Shown piece after piece: positions 63,372 through 64,000 of a stretch of DNA of 64,000 bases; the first letter of the stretch is position 1, and each line of letters starts with the position of its first letter. Source of the stretch: Paraspadella gotoi. Taxonomy: Eukaryota; Animalia; Chaetognatha. The notes beneath the pieces are model-generated. The model saw only the letters and a program-made list of their open reading frames with translations, was not told the DNA's origin and did not search any database. The position numbers and the translations under genes are program-made. The stretch spans positions 5,446,578-5,510,577 of the forward strand of contig CM119267.1 in NCBI GenBank assembly GCA_051294375.1, written 5' to 3'.

Positions 63372-64000
63372 TCATTTGCTTCTTGTCATGTTTGCTTCGA
63401 CACGTTCATCTGAACATACAACTATCTTTCGGATTATGCTCGGCCATGGGCCAAATTTTTTGCCTGGAAAAGGACCATTTTTGTGCGTTTCTGCGGAGTA
63501 CGCAACTTTTACGACCGGCCGCTGCGGGTCAGATCGGGTGCCGCGGTTCCGGATCCCCAAACAATTTGCTGGGCGACGTTGACGCCGTTGCGGCCGCGCG
63601 CGAACATGTGATAATTGCAGGAAAGCATTTACTATGGCTTCGTGCAAAGGATGGCGGTCTCTTCCTGGCCGATTCCTGGAACTAAAAAAATAGTCATTTT
63701 TCGAGATGGCCCAAAACCGCTCATGGGCATTGGTGGTGGAGCGACGTATGCGGCGGTACGCGTGGAGATGGCCGTGCTAGCTCACCGCGGAGCGCCCATC
63801 ATGGGATGAACTCCGCCATCACTGGAAATTCGTGGAGGTTTTTTCCACTGTATCCCATGGTGCGTGCCCAGTGCACGCGAACGGCCACGGCGATACCTGG
63901 ATTTGAAAGCGCCGGCGGTCGTATTGATCCACACCCGGATACTGACCATTTGCAACGGCATCCATGTCTGAAAGAGACCCTGGAGCGTCTCATCCATTCC
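63372..64000 (-). pseudogene. Frameshifted piggyBac-like (PGBD, DDE_Tnp_1_7) transposase, C-terminal half; continues beyond the window
   Basis: Across frames and in the expected order: INTTAGAFKSRYRRG (cf. GTVRxNR), IQWKK, N-A-(H)/MSGF..(cf. YNxxMGGVD), HPLHEAIVNAFLQL (cf. HLLDxAxVNAxxLY), NVAQQIV, and FPGK...RKIVVCS (cf. HFP...RRCxVC). Confidence 0.5.

Overview
Eukaryotic (invertebrate metazoan-like) genomic window: AT-rich, short GT-AG introns, CpG-rich coding patches, abundant GA/GAC microsatellites and five N-gaps. Minus-strand genes: a 6-exon PAQR (membrane progestin receptor-like) gene, an intronless CD225/dispanin gene, one TMEM53-like exon, a multi-exon Ig-superfamily type I membrane protein, ODAD4/TTC25, and some unassigned exons/ORFs. 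Also present are tRNA-Gly(GCC), tRNA-Phe(GAA), several palindromic (foldback/MITE) elements including a nested TTAA-flanked insertion, and a decayed piggyBac-like transposase at the right edge. Two near-identical tandem duplications (about 6.0 kb and 13.6 kb period) each end at an exactly 25-N gap and are probably assembly artefacts. The most intriguing signal is an unassigned, extensively base-paired ~270-nt minus-strand RNA candidate (32988-33256) ending in a T7 run. All protein and RNA family calls are from motif recognition by eye; no searches were run.
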